Source: the human T2T-CHM13v2.0 reference genome, Homo sapiens
NCBI RefSeq assembly: GCF_009914755.1
Contig: NC_060940.1
DNA: 64,000 nt
Strand: one strand, 5' to 3'
Positions 41,001 through 56,213 of the stretch are shown here, piece after piece. The translations under genes were made by a program, and so were the position numbers. The number at the start of each line of letters is the position of its first letter. Within the stretch, counting starts at the first letter, position 1. Under the pieces are notes generated by a model, which did no database searches, had not been told where the DNA came from, and worked only from the letters and a program-made list of their open reading frames with translations.

Positions 41001-42071
41001 CTGGATTGGCTGATACTCATTGACTGGATGGAGATTTCAGAGGCAAACCTAGGCTTCTCCAGAGGAAAGTAAGACTTCAATCCCAGTCCTGCCATTTCCT
41101 ATGAAACCACTTGTAATCTTGGGTTTCTCTTCGTTGTAAAGATAAGAAACGATCTGAATTTCCAAGCTTGGAGTATTGTGGTGAGGACCAATCAGGGAAC
41201 GCGCATGAGAGTGCCTTGTAAACCTGCCCTGCTGCAGCAATGAGGGCATGGCTTCTGCCAGGCACCTGTAAGCCCTTCCTAAGGGAGTTGAGCAGTTCCC
41301 TTAGGGAAAATGTCTTAAATGTTGACTGAATTCTCCCCTCTTCCCAGATCTCCAAATGCCAGTAACTGATTTTGTGGAGGTGGTAGGTAAAGAAATGTTT
41401 ATGCAAATTGGGCCCTGATTAGATGCAAAAAAAAAAAAAATGTTGACTGCTTTTCGAGGGTGTTCATTGTTATCTGAGAGTTTTGTTTGCACATGAGATG
41501 CATACAATGTGATTCACATCATTGGCCTCACCCTGTCTTATTTGCCTTAATGTAATTGTCTGTTCAGATCCACTGATGGTGAAAATTACATTTGTCCTTA
41601 TCAGTGGAGATACTCTAAAAATGAGAAGTTCAAAGAAGGCAGAGGCTTTAATACAGAGAAAATGTGTTTATTTTCTTAGCTCCTTTGAAACAGTTTTATC
41701 CCCTGGAATGGGGTAATTTCTTTGCAGAACAACAAAATGGATGGCTCATGGTAACCCCTCATCAGGGAAAGTGCTAAAAAAAAAGTGGCCTGATTCAGAA
41801 CATCATCAGTTCAGCAGTGTGTGCTTGAGTAACCTTGGAAGATTTGGAGATTTTCTGAGAAATCCACAATGTGTGCTTGAATGCAAAGGTCATTCCAAGC
41901 TCTTCCTATACTGAAATGCTCATGCTAGGAATTGTCCCTCAGCTGGGGAGAATATATAGGAAGACAGAGTTTAGATGTGGAGGAAAAGAGTGAAGTTTTC
42001 ACCTAGTGGAACAGATTCTTTTTTTTGGTCAAAGTTTATTATTGAAACTCCCTATCTATAGGATTTTTTCA

Positions 42072-42422
<351 letters not shown>

Positions 42423-42783
42423 TAGCTTTATGTGGAGTCTTCGGCTATCAGATAAGTATAGGTTTCCCAGACTACATAAAATAAAAATAATAGCTAGCAT
42501 TCTTTGGATGTCCATACGCCAGACACTGTGTTAAAGGCCCAACACATATCATGCCATTTAATCCTCAAAACATCCCTCTGAGCTGGGCTCTATTGCTATT
42601 ATCCCCTGTGTTTTGAAGAGGGTAAATAACTTTACCCCAGGTGACACAGCTGGTGACTGGGGAGCTGGGACTTGAGCCCAGGTGTGTCCCCGCCTCTATG
42701 GCAGTGATCTAATTAACAACGAGGCCAGAACTTCCTGAGCATATGGTGTGGATCAGGCTCACCCAGGAAAGGTTTTGGAAATA

Positions 42784-43364
42784 CAGCAGGTCCTTAAATA
42801 ATGTCATTTTGTTCAATGCCATTTTGTTATAATATTGATAAGGAAAAGAAATTGATTCCCGTCAGGGGCCACTGTTTGTGTGGAGTCTGCAAGTTCTTCC
42901 AATACCTGTGTGATTTTTTCTGGATACTCTGGTTTCCTTCCACATCCCAGTCGTGCACGGGAGGCTCACTAGTGCGTCTCCTTGTCCCATTTGGAGTGAG
43001 TGCGGGTGTGTGTGCTTTGCCATGGGACGGCCTCTTAGCCAGGTCAGTTCCTTCCTTGTGCTCTGAGCTGCTGGGATGGGCTCCTGAAATCCTTAACTGG
43101 AATAATTGGGTAAATAATTATCTTACTTGTTTTTAATTAATCTTTCTTAATGTATGGATAGTTCAATTTATTTCAGTGTTTAATATCAGAAGTGTTTTGG
43201 GTTTTTTTCTAGAGGTTTGGTGATGTTTCTGTGACCAGAAACATAGGAGCTTAACTCTTACTTCTATCAATTAGCCTATGGTAAAATCGGTTTCGTTATA
43301 TATTGTTTTGCTTAAAGTTGCAGCATCCAAGAACATATTGGCGACGTGAAGTGAGGATTTGCTG
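42784..43364 (+). mobile_element. MER6A-like DNA transposon
   Basis: TA-flanked 'cagcaggtcctt...ggatttgctg'; homologous to 27579-28694 with an internal deletion. Confidence 0.85.
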
Positions 43365-45379
43365 TACAGTGAAATAATGATGAAGTGTCGCTGGAGGCGA
43401 AGCCTGGGAGTGTGTGCTCTGAGATGGTCCTGCCCAGCTTTGGTTAAGACCATGCCCCGGGCCATGCAGGCTGGCATTCCATAAACTTGCCTGGCTCCTA
43501 GAATAACCCAGAGGCATTTGCTGTAATACATAATACGTAGGTTCCTAGGCTCCACTTCAGAGCTCCTGAGTCAGAAAAACCCCAAAAGCACCCGGGACAT
43601 TTATTTGAATAAAGCACTTGTCTAAGGCACTTACCCAAGGACCATTCATCCAAAGGTGCTCAGCACAAATATATTGAATAAACTAGACCATTCATATGGA
43701 AGGTCACTTTTGAATTTGTTGTGGAAAGTGCTTTGGACTAAGACCTGGCTTCCCCTTCTGTTCTGCCCTAATCTGCTGAGCAGCCTCTGGCAAGTCACTT
43801 CCTCTCTTTGGACCTCAGTTTTCCCACTGGTAAAATGAGAATGGCTGAGGTGACCCTTTCTGGCTCTCACGCCTTTGAATAGCATGAATATTTATTGAGT
43901 GCACCTTTATAAGAAACATCCAAACACAGGGCTGCAGGCTTTGATTTGGATCTCCCAGCACTAATGTTTGAGGCAAAACACCTTAATTTGCTGTGAAACA
44001 GTGAATCTTTGTGGACAGGAGTCCTTTTTATCTAACGATTGATAAAGCAGGCATCTCCTCCTTCTGGGTAAACACTGAAGACATTACCTAACCACTTCAT
44101 CCTGTGTGATCCCAAGATGCAATTGTTCCCCTCCACATGGGAAAGGCCAAAGGGACAGACAAGGCAAGTAATAAACATGCCTTAACTTGAAGAGTCCTTC
44201 AGTTTCCCAACTCCTTCCACACCTGTGGCCTCATCTGACTTCAACACACAACTGTAAGGTGGGCAAGTCAGGAGCGTTACCCTCATCTGGTCAAGGAGGC
44301 GCCCCAGCTCTTTCAAGTCAAGCTGGAGCTGCATTCTCAACTTCTCCAATGTGGGTGTGTGTTCCCCTGAAGAAGTTGTTTGTGAATGAGAGAAGGGAGC
44401 TTGTTGGTTCACCCTCAGCACCTAGAACCATGCCTGGCATTCAGCACTAGTAATTACCTGCTGAATGAATGAATGAGTCTGGTCCTCATTCCCTGATTAT
44501 GACCTCTCAGGAAGTTTAAAGAGGTGCAAGGTGGTCTGTGGGTGTTTAGAGAATCACTTTTATTGCCACAGTCATTTTTATTGTTCTCATGTCTACCGTT
44601 AAACTCTACATTTTAGGATGCTGTTGAAAGGCTGTTGAGAACAGAATTTCCTAGTGTGAAAGTTATTAGAGAAATAAGATCAAATGGCTGCTATTCACCC
44701 TTGAGAAATTTCTATCTCTGTATGGTAGGTGGGAAAAGAGGGGGAAAACATTGTCTCTCTAGAGGCCCTGATCTAAGGCAGCCACTTCTGATAAGGCTCA
44801 CCTGAAAGAGGTGGCATCATCATAAAACTATCAGGTGGATCGTCAGAAAAGATGACAGCTGGGAGACCCTAGTATCACAAACTAGCTGTGATGCCTTCAG
44901 CAAAGTCCTTCACCTTGAATTCTACCTCTCGGGTGGGACAACTCTGAGATGTGTTCTCTGCAGTAATCTCACTCAGAAAATGAGTTCTTCCCTGGGATGT
45001 GATGAAGGGCTTGTGAGGTGGCAGCTGGAAGGCCCTTTCAAGAAAGGAACAACTGCATTACCAACACTGAGCAATGGCATCAGGATCTCTTATATCAGAA
45101 GCTACAAACTGGGACCAGCACATGAGCTTGTGTAGCCTGCAGTGTTTTAAAATTTTTCAATTTGCTACCAAGACATTTGAAAATCTAGGGATTTCTAATA
45201 CAATTTAGATTTATAGTTTCTCTCGAATAATGGGTCCACATTCTTGCATGGCCAACAATTGGTTGAAGCCAAGTAGCTTCTTCAGCTTCTCACTGACACA
45301 GAGGCTATCACCTTTCTCCCAGTAGAGAAACAGTTTTCTGCACCCATGGCAGGCACTGTTGGTGCCTAGCCCTCCTCCC

Positions 45380-45773
45380 CTGGCACCTCCAATCTCCATG
45401 CACACCAGCCAGGTGGCTTCTGACTGCAATTCCCTCTACTTCTTTCCCTGGGAGGTTTCTTTGGACAGCTGAGTATTCTCAGCCTAACCGCAGGATGGAC
45501 CAGAAACGTCAAGGAGCTGCCCCTGGGAGCAAGCCTCAAGATGTGATGGATGGGAGGTGGTGAAGAAGTACCTGGACTCTGAGGCACACTCTACATTGTC
45601 CCCTGGAGGTCCTGAGCAGGGTTGAACCCTGAATGCCTCCAGCAAGAGCCTACTCATGAACATGCTGTGTTGGCTTCCCTTTCCTCCTGGTTTCCTGGAA
45701 TCGCCTACCAAATAAGCAACTTGCACTTAAATAGTTGCCTCAGGGTTTGCTTCTAGGGACCCCAACCTAAGAC
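45380..45773 (+). mobile_element. LTR16-like ERVL LTR
   Basis: 3' end 'aaataagcaacttgcac...ctcagggtttgcttctagggaccccaacctaagaca'. Confidence 0.65.
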
Positions 45774-47610
45774 AGTAAGCTGGACTCCTTTCAAAAAGGA
45801 AAATGAAAAAAAGACCTTGCAGCTGACCTTGCCCTGCCTAGCATTTTCTATTCTAGTGCCCTATGAGATGACATTTCAGCTGATACTTGAGACGACAGGT
45901 GACAAACCACTCTTTCCAGTGCAGAGGTGGCCTTGGGCATCACTGAATTGCATGTGGCTTGTCTTCAGGGTTCTTGTACCTTGAAATTATCTCTCTTAAT
46001 TCCCAGGTTCTCAGAAGGCAGTCACATCTGGACAGCATTCCTTGACTACGCATCAATATTCCATCATGTCATTGCCGGCTGTGAGGAGGAAAGTGACCTC
46101 CTAAACAAATCCGTGCACGTGTAAATGACAGCTGCTGGTTTGAATCTGTTTCTTCTCCCACCACTTCCTCTTCTGATCAAAGAGCCCACCTTTTCATTTG
46201 GAGGAACCATTTCTCAACTGGTCTCATTCTGTGAGGTTTAGAGGTAGGAATTGAACTTAGCTCTGTCTAGAGCCAAATCTACTCCAAAAGTGTTCTTAAC
46301 CACTACTGTGGGGTGGCTGACAGTACAGGCTCTGGAGTGACATCTGCCACAGTTCAAATCTCAGCCATACCTCATACTAGCTAGGAGGCTGGGGTAAATG
46401 CCGCTCACCTTTCTAGCCTTAATTCCTTTATCTCTCTCATGAGCTTATTGTGAGAATTTAAAAGATATAATAACCAGAAAGCACTTAGTATAGTTCTTGG
46501 CTCATTAAAGTGCTCAACAAATAATAACTATTAATGTTTAAATTATTAAGACTCTAGTTGGCTGAAGAAAAGTGATAGGAAAGCTAGAGGCTCTGGTCTT
46601 TACTCTGGGAGCTTCTAGAGAACTCAGACTTTGGTTATTTCTCTCCTGTCCCTGAGTCCTACCCACATTGTAAGAGTGAGTGAGTGAGTGATGATGGTGT
46701 GTTTGTAGAATTCACAAACCCATTGAATATTCTTCCTGAAGCTTAGCTAAGTGAGCTCCCTGCCAGGAACTTATGTGTGGACAGCCACGAATCGTGGCAT
46801 CAAATAATATTTAATTTCACTTCTTCCTAAATATTACTGAATTCCATTCCCAGTAACTTTCCCTTTTGAAGTTCTCTTTTTGAGGCAGTTCAAGTGGAAA
46901 AAGAAATAACCTAGAAGCAAGTAAAACAACCTTATTCAAAAACAACAAAAATCCTTCAGGTAAGTGCAAGGAACTGGGCCCTTTTGTGTTTTTTTGTGTA
47001 AATTATTTAGTATACTGATTATCCAACATGTCCTTTATTATTTTAGAGACTGCTTCTTCCATCCCCTAGGGAGAGTGTTTTTAGCTCCATGGAGCATGAA
47101 TTTTTTCACTTATCTAGTGATGATTAGGTATAAAAATCCTTTTTGGTAAGAGATTCCACTTTTAATGGTCTCTTCAATGAACAGTTTTCTGTAAATATTG
47201 TATAAGTCTATTCAGGGAAAAAGAATGCCCTTGCCTCTGGATTCTTTATAACTCCACTCTGATGAGGGCATCTGCTGAGTCCCAGCTTGTGGATCTGCGA
47301 GGTTGATGTGGACTCTAGTTCTGGAATCCTCTTCTGTTTGGACTTCCTTTTTCCTTGTTATTTTTTTTGCTTTGATGGCATTTGCATTTCTACATGGCCC
47401 TGGAGCCAGACTGTGACACTTGGTAGCTGTGTGACCTTAAACAAGCTATTTAACTTATCTCATGCTCATTTTCCTTACTATAGTCTGAAGATAATATCAG
47501 CATCTACTTTTTAAGGCTTCAGTACAGATTAAATAAATATCACAGCACTTACCGTGTGCTGGGCACTGCACTGTACTGCCCAGCACATGGTTAGTACTTC
47601 ATATATCAGC

Positions 47611-47748
47611 TCATCATCATCACTGTCATCATCATCGTCGTCATCATCGTTGTCGTCATCATCAATGTCATCACCACCATTGTCATCATCATCATTGTTG
47701 TTGTCATAATCATCAAGGTCATCATCATCATCAAGGTCATCATCATCA
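47611..47748. repeat. Imperfect (TCA)n microsatellite at the tail of a MIR
   Basis: tcatcatcatca... with tcg/ttg variants, following MIR-like sequence at 47420-47610. Confidence 0.9.
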
Positions 47749-48224
47749 TGCAAGTGGTTTCTTTACTTTCAACATACACAGGCTGCCAAGGGGATAGCCC
47801 TAAATATAATTGCCCTCATACAGAATCTCTCTCTGACAACCCAAGGCCCAGCAGGCTGACTTCATTAGTCTGCTCACCTATAAAAGGGGTAATAATAGTA
47901 TCTACTTCACAGTGTCATGAGGATTAGATGAGTTAATAAATGTAAGGTGATTAACATAGTGCCTCACACATAATGGGTATTCAATAAACAATAAGTCTTG
48001 TTGGAGTTCTTGCAGCTTAGCTCTTTGAGGGCTAAATATGCAAAGCAAAAACCCAATAAATTTATTTTCTCATTCTTAAAGAAATATTGAGTGCCTTCTG
48101 TGTGCCTGGCACTGTTCTAGCCTCAGGCAAAGATAAAGTAGTCATAGTGAGTACGACTAGCAAGTGACAAGGTTCTCACCCCATTTACTCTCATGGGAGA
48201 TGACTGACAACTACTATATAGCTA

Positions 48225-48635
<411 letters not shown>

Positions 48636-49704
48636 ACTCATTAGCAAACTCCCCGAGCCACCTGTTGGCCAGGACATTCACCTTTAGAGGACATAACACT
48701 TCCCAATCGAGCTTCCCATGTAGTTCAGAGAGTAGACAACTGCAGTCTCTAAACTACTGATACGGCACATCAGCTAATTAAATTACTGCACACTGCTGAT
48801 TGCAAGGCTAAAGCCAGTGGAGTGATTTGTTATTATCCTCTTGAAGAACAATCGATGGGCAAAATATTATTAGATTTGATTTTTCTAAAAAGCTGGGAGT
48901 AAAGGTATTTAATTAAGATTGTGTCAAAGCTTGGCTCTGGTTTTCCCCTTTGGCCCTTTTCTTTTCATTTCAACTATGAAAGTGTTCCTCTTAGAAAAAT
49001 GTGAAGAAACTAGTTTATCTCCATTATTGCCAAAGTACAAGTTGTATTTTGTCAACTTACTCCCAATCCATATTTTAAGTTGCTATCAGGGCTCTTTGTG
49101 CAGGAAAAATCTAATCCAATACAACCCATGCTAGAGTGTGGTTGAGCTTCATTTCATGCCGAGAATCCCAAGGAGGGACTATAGTCTGGGTAGAGACTTT
49201 GGCTATAGCTCTCCATTTATTCATTCAACTCACTCATTCACTATGAATTAATTCAGCTCCTCATTTGTGCAAGATACTGTGTTAGCAGCAGAGCATACAA
49301 TTGAAGAAAAGACAAAATTTTGATGTTTCTTCCTCAAAACCCTTGAACAAACAATGGGAGACTACCTGTAAAAGAGAAATGACTTGATGCCACCAAATTT
49401 TATTTGTTTCTCCCTAGGAATGGCCCCTCTTTCCCACTTGTTCAAAAGTAATCTGTCCTTTAAACTCTTGCTTGGTTGAGGACTCTTCCATGAGGCCTTC
49501 CCTGAATACTCCATTTCTTACTTGGAATTCCCCACCCCCATATTTTTCCAACTGAGTTTCCTTTGAACAATCTGTGCCATATAATTTTTAATCAAATGTG
49601 TATTGTTATTTCTATTTTGTCTTATTTCCAAATTAGATTGCAACTTTTTTGAGGGCATGGACAACATCTTCTCCTTCTTTGCCTCAAAACATCTACCTCG
49701 TTTA

Positions 49705-50236
49705 AAATAATCCATTATATGAAAAAGATACTTGCACATGCATGTCTATAGCAGCAAAATTTGCAATTGCAAAAACGTGGAACCAACCCAAATGCCCATC
49801 AATCAATGAGAAAGAAACTGTGATATATATATATATATATGAATGAATGATGGAATACTACTCAGCCATAAAAAGAAATGAATTAATGGCATTCACAGTG
49901 ACCTGAATGAGACTGGAGACTATTATTCTAAGTGAAGTAACTCAGGAATGGAAAACCAAACATCATATGTTCTCACTAATAAGTGGGAGATAAGCCATGA
50001 GGATGCAAAGGCATAAGAGTGACACAATGGACTTTGGGCACTCAGGGAGAAAGGGTGGGAAGGGGATGAGGGATAAAAGACTACAAATAAGGTGCAGTAT
50101 ATACTGCTCGGGGGATAGGTGCACCAAAATCTCACAAATCCCCACTAAACAACTTACTCATGTAACCAAACACCACCTGTTCCCCAATAACCTATGGAAA
50201 TAAAAAAATTTAAAAAAACAAAAAACAGAAACAAAA
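49705..50236 (+). mobile_element. L1PB-like 3' end
   Basis: 'tggaaccaacccaaatgcccatcaatcaatgag...caccacctgttccccaataacctatggaaataaaaaa'. Confidence 0.88.
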
Positions 50237-50349
50237 ATCCATCTACTTCCTTGATCTCTTGCATAGAACAGGCACCCGTTTAATTGGAAATGAGCAAACT
50301 TGTTGCTGATGTTCCTCAGATGATTTGGTTTGACTCCAAGAGACTATTC

Positions 50350-50500
50350 ACATCCACCATCCATTCATCCATCTATCCACCATTCATCTTATCCATTTCT
50401 TCATTCACCCACCATTCATCCCTCTGTTCACCATCCAGCCAGCCATCTATCACCCATTCATCTATCCCTCTACCATCCATTCCTTCCTTCATTCACCCAG
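50350..50500. repeat. Degenerate (CCAT/TCAT)n
   Basis: catccaccatccattcatccatctatcc... Confidence 0.7.
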
Positions 50501-53500
50501 TAAAAGTTCAATTGTGGGAAAACCTATAGTTTTTAAATCCTTTTATTTTATGACTGATATTAATTGCTATATCCAAAATGTCAAGAGAGAATCAGCACAG
50601 AAAGTGAATGTTAGAAATGGAATCAGATGCAGATGACTGGTCTTGGTATCTGCCATTTCCTCCCACCCAGATGCCCTTTTGTTCTTAGAAGCCAAAGACA
50701 GTCATCTTAGAAACTTTCGGGCAACAAAATTCGTGCAGCCTTTGGAACTAAGAATTACTAGTCTCTACTTTCTAATGGTTTAGTAGTCAATGGATATATA
50801 TAATTTAAGCCATTTAATTTGCTTTCACATGTGATGTTTTAGAAGCAAACAATTTGTGCTAATACAATTGTTATATTAAAAATCTTACTAATTTAAGCTT
50901 TCTAAGAATACAAATGTACAGCTTATAACTGTTCTGTTACCATTAGTCACACACAAGAGAACATGACACAAGGTAGGTATTGTGTCTCTTGGAAAGAAAA
51001 ACAGCTTGAAAGAACAAAAGCTTGCATATCAATTCCCTGCCAGCCAAAGGGAGTGAGTCCTGTAAAGCATCCAAGATAAAAGGAAGATGGGAGAGAAGGA
51101 GACAGAGACAGAGGAGGTGGGAAGGTGAGAGAAAGGGGAAGGAGTGAAGGAGAAGACTTTCTTAATGGTAAAGGAAACAGAAGGGAAGAGAAAGAGAAAG
51201 AAACCTCTGAGGAGGAGGGAGTGTGCTGTGATCTCATGAGGGAGACCTGATCTGCTGGCTGGGAGGAAGAATCCCACTGAGCTGAGCCAGCTCCTTTTGG
51301 CTGCCTTGCCTTCTCTGCATCATCATTCAATTCACACCTGGGCCTCTTGGCCGGTGGGCTCTCTTTCACTGCTTTCCCCATAAAACCATCTAATCCTCTT
51401 TCTCCCTCTCTGAGACTCTTTCCTCAGAATCAAGCTTGCAATCCTCTGCTGCTTCACAAAACACAAGTCCTGCAGCATCCAAACACAATTAATTGACTTA
51501 ATGCCTTCATCCACGGCCAAGCAGGTCTGGATAATAAAAGAGCCATAAATAAGCAACGTGGCTATCAAACGCACAGAAAATAGGACCATTGGCATTTACT
51601 GGTAGAAGCTGTTGGCTTGAATTGCATCAACAATGACTCCAGATCTTCCTTCTAAAATAAAATAAGAAAATGATCCATTTGTTGTTTGGGAAGAGAATTC
51701 TATTCATATATTTATTTGGGAGGAAAAAGAAGATGTTGGTGGTTTAAGACCAGAAGCCAAAAAGAAAAAAAAAGCCCGGTTTTATTCTTGAAAGATCTGA
51801 TTACCAGCCTTTGCAATGTTTCAGGAAAATATTTCAGGACACACTGATAATTTGCATGAGTTTGAGAGGTGTTTTTGCAGCTTTTCCAAAACAGAAAAGA
51901 AATAAAAAGAGAGGATGGTTTGTTATTCCAAGAGGTAGAAATGCAAAAGGAGTCAGAATATCTTGAAAAAGAAGAAAATGTTTTGGCTTTCTGGCTTGTT
52001 GCTGTGTAATTATTTTAAAATATTTCAAATGACTACTTTGCTAAATTTTCTTTTCCTATAGCAACTTGAGATAAACATGTGAAAGTGATTGTTCTGACTC
52101 TTGTTCCCCAATTCATGTTTATTTATTTATTTTGCTAAATATAACTGTATTTAGAGAAAACCCAGGATTCTCTTTGAAGTTCCAGCCAGAACCTTAAAGC
52201 CTCTGAAAAGGCATCAAGGGAAAAACAAAAACAAAAACAAAAACAAAACTCAGCCTTGGTGATGGCCACACCCAAAATGATGCCTACCTTCTCTCTTCCC
52301 AGAAAAAAAAGTTTATTTGGATAAAGCTCTTAAGCTATTTCTTTCTTGTTCTAGTGAGAACCTGTAGCTAGTCCTCCTTAAACTCCCTTTCTCCTAAGCC
52401 AAATGGATAGACACCTGTAAAAAGTAGAGTCAAATAGCAACAACTCTGGAACTGAGACAGGAATCCTAGATCTGATTTGCTGTGTGATCTTGGATAAGAT
52501 AGTTAACCTCTCTGTGCCATAATTTCCTCATCTACAAAATAAGGGTTATAAATGTACATACTCCGTAGAGCTCACTGAGTGTTCACAAAAATCCCACCTA
52601 CTTACAAAAAGTCACTTATTAGTTATGTACCTGGCATATAACTAATACTTGATAAATGCTAACAATTATTGGTTTCCTATATGCAGCCTCCTACCTCTAA
52701 ATGCAATACCTCTTCTAGGATACAGATTTTGTAGTAAACTCTGTAAATTTCCTATTTCCAAAGTTGTTTATATTTTTAAATTATTCACATTAGGAATATT
52801 TTGTTTATTTTCACATCACAATTTTTTTGCAGGCATTGCTTGAGAACCAATTTATTCTTGATCATCTTTTTTGATGTGATGCTTATCAGTAATCCCTGAA
52901 GAAATCTAATTTAAAAAAAAGCTTCAACATCTATAGCTGTCTATGTTGGATTTATTTGCATTAGCTATTTAGATGAGTCTCTCTAGCTTGGCATTTGTCA
53001 CCTTTTTTTAACTTTTTTCTTCCCAGGAGATCAACATCTTTGCATCCTTCTATCAGTACTTTGAATCTTGTATTTCACTTGAATGCCCAGCCCCGCGTCA
53101 GCGATGAGATATTGATTTCTTCTTGTTGTCATTTAACATTCTCATGGAGACCCTGGCGGACCAATTTACAAATGATTGCTAAAGTGCTTTGGCAAATCGT
53201 GGTGTTTTTGACAGAGAAAGAAAAATACAGACTATGAAAATTTTGTACCTTTCAATGGGGTTCACTTAATGCCATGCAGCCTTTCTCCTCATGAGCATTT
53301 TCGGTCACCACTAAAGATCCTGTTTGGCTTCTTTGATCCTGCGATGCACAGGGCTCCCTCCTCCAGGCAGGATGTCTCATCTCCGGACTTTGTGGACTGG
53401 GGTTGATTCTTTCACGCCCAGGGGGCCTCACCTCCGGGCCTGCTCCTTTCTTAGAGGTTAGTCTTTGCGTGAGCAGGCACACTTGTTCTGAAACCACCAC

Positions 53501-55918
53501 CATGGGGTTAATTTGCAGATCCTCAACCCACCAGGCAGACTCCACTTTCTGACCCCATCTGTCAGACGCTGAAATTCATGGTCCTTCCCAGGGCAGAAGC
53601 CACGAGCCACAGAGCAAAGCTGCCATCACTTTGTATATTTCAGGGTTATTTATTAGGCCTTGGCTTGGAAGTCTAGCCAGGAGGTTTTCACTCAGGGTCT
53701 GTTTGCCTTACGCAGTCTGTCTCTGAAGTGCAATTTGGAGATACAGAGACGTCAGGGTAATTTTCCATCCTCTGGTGACAGTGTTATTATTGAGAAGGAA
53801 GGATGAGGGCCGCTTGCTGTGCTAATGACTGCTTCTCATTTCATAGGCTCCAGGAGACCCAGGCTGTAAACGACTGCACATAGTCAGGTTCCCCCAGAGC
53901 CTCACATGGAGTTCCTCGCCCTGGGGAAGTGATGTTAATGGTTTTCTTTGCAAATCCCTCTCCCACCCACTTTCCTGACAGGATTATAGAATCCCTGTGT
54001 CTAGACACCCTGGGAGCTCTGAGGATTTCCTGAGCCTGTTTTCACTCACTCATTGTGATATCTCCTATGGAGGCTGAGTCAACACCCAGTATTGTGAGTA
54101 TTGGGGGCGTAAAGGAGATGTTAGGATCATAACCTAAAAGTCCCTGCCTCCCACCCGCAGCCCCCTCCCTGACCCTGTGACCCATCACGCTAGCCTTCTG
54201 CACCCTTTGATTCTGTGCTTTTCAGAGCCCCGAGAAAGCTCCGAGCCTAGAATGCTGCTCCTTTCCCCTCTTCATCTCCTCAATGTCCACCCATCCTGTG
54301 TCACCAGTCATCAGAGAAGCCTCTGTGCCTCCACCCCAGAAGAGGTCAGGCTGGAAAGCTCTTAGAACCTCTAGTTTGCTTCCTTCAGTGCCTTTCTTCT
54401 ATTTCATATTTGCGTGAGAATGTGCCTGGCCTCTTCCACCCGAGGAACCTGAGAGGCTCCTGTGAGCTAGGGCAGGCTTGAGGCTCTGCTCACCAGCGCA
54501 TTCAGCAGGGAGGAGAGGCTGGCACATGCAAATTCCTTTCTTTAGTCATCTTTATTGTATGAATGGCTGCGAGGGAGTAGCCTCGGGGTATTCAGTGGGG
54601 AACTGTGAGTCAGTAGAGGGGTATATAATAGGTACTCACCTGAAAATGGTCTTTTGTCTTTCAGTTTACCCCTGGGAAAGGGTGAAAAAAAGGAGCTGCT
54701 ACATGGTGGGTTACTTGAGTGTAGGAAGGAGAACAGGCATAGGATCCATTCACGTTTACTCTTCTTGACGTGATATATGCATGTGAATAGCCTTTAGGAG
54801 CAAACTCAACACTCAGCTAAATTGTAGTGCATGTCATTTCCAACAGACCCTTAGACTATTAGAAAGGGCAAGATGATTGTCTGTTTCAGCGTTGACATGT
54901 GTGTGCACACAGAACTCTTTATGTAGAAGAGATAATGTATCAAGTGGGGTAAAAAATGGAATCACTGAAAAAAAATTATGTTTTTCCATGGAAGGGTAAT
55001 TATTGCCCAAAATAGAGCACAGATCAAAACATCTTAATTCTTTGCCATTCTCTTTTGGATTGTAAAAATCCCTGTACTCTCTATATTTGCCATGTCAATG
55101 ACCCAAACGCCCAGGCATTGCAGGAATGTGGCAGAGTTTGAGTTGAGTCTTACGTATTCATTTAGAAAATACTTACCAGGCAGTGGCCACGTGCTGGGTA
55201 CTCTGATCATGTTTCAGGGTCATGCAAGACACAGTTCCTGTCCTCAGATGGCATGGGGTGATGTGAAGAGCCTGGGGTTTGGAATCACACCACTTTAAAT
55301 TGGAATTACAAATCTACCATTTACCAGCAGCATAAACTGGGACAAGATGTTTAATCTCCCTCATTCCCACTTCCTACATCTGTAAAGTGAGGTTAATGCT
55401 GCTTATCTCATAAGATAGTTTTGAAGACTAAATAAGACACAACCATGTATAAAGAAAGTCAGATCGCCGCATGCCCTCAGTCAAAACCCTTCAAAGGGTT
55501 GTTAGGAAATTGGGAATAGAGTTTGAAATTCTTTGTGCTGCTACACGATCTGACCTTTGTCTGCCTCTCTGTCCATCTGTCTGGTTTTTGCTGCCTTGCT
55601 CTGTGTGCTCCCAGTGTGCTGGCCTCCTCCCTGCATCTCCAGCCTCCCAAGCATCTTCCTGCCTCAGGACCTTTGTGCTGGCTGCTTCCTCTGGCTGGAA
55701 CAGTTTTGCTTCCAATAATCACAAGCCTTTTGCTCACATTAATCAAGTCTCTCCTCCAGAGGCATCTCCGCAAGAGTTCTTTCCTGCCCTCCAGCCTGAA
55801 ATATCTCCCATCACTCCGAATTCTTTAACCTACTTTCTTTCTCTTTATAGCCATAATTCCTATCTGACGTTACGTGATATGTCTATTTGCTTCCTGTCTG
55901 TCTGAAAACTCTGATGAA

Positions 55919-56213
55919 GGCGGGGCACAGTGGCTTGTACCTGTAATCCCAGCACTTTGAGAGGTCAAGGAGGGAGAATCATTTGAAGACAGGTGTTTTG
56001 AGACCAGTCTGGACACCATAAAGAAACCTCATCTCTATGAAAAAAAAAAAAAGGCGAGACATGCGATTGTGCCTGTAGTCCCAGCTACTCGGGAGGCTGA
56101 GATGGGAGGATCATTTGAGTCTAAGAGTTTGAGGCTGCAGTGATCCATGATTGCTCTACTGCACTCCAGTCTGGGTGACCCTGTCTTAAAAACAAACAAG
56201 CAACAACAACAAA
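55919..56213 (+). mobile_element. AluJ-like within an L2 relic
   Basis: Full dimer with (CAA)n tail. Confidence 0.9.

Noticed and set aside
47529-47753. Poly-Asp 74-aa ORF
   Set aside because: Reverse translation of the (TCA)n repeat running into MIR sequence; no gene context.
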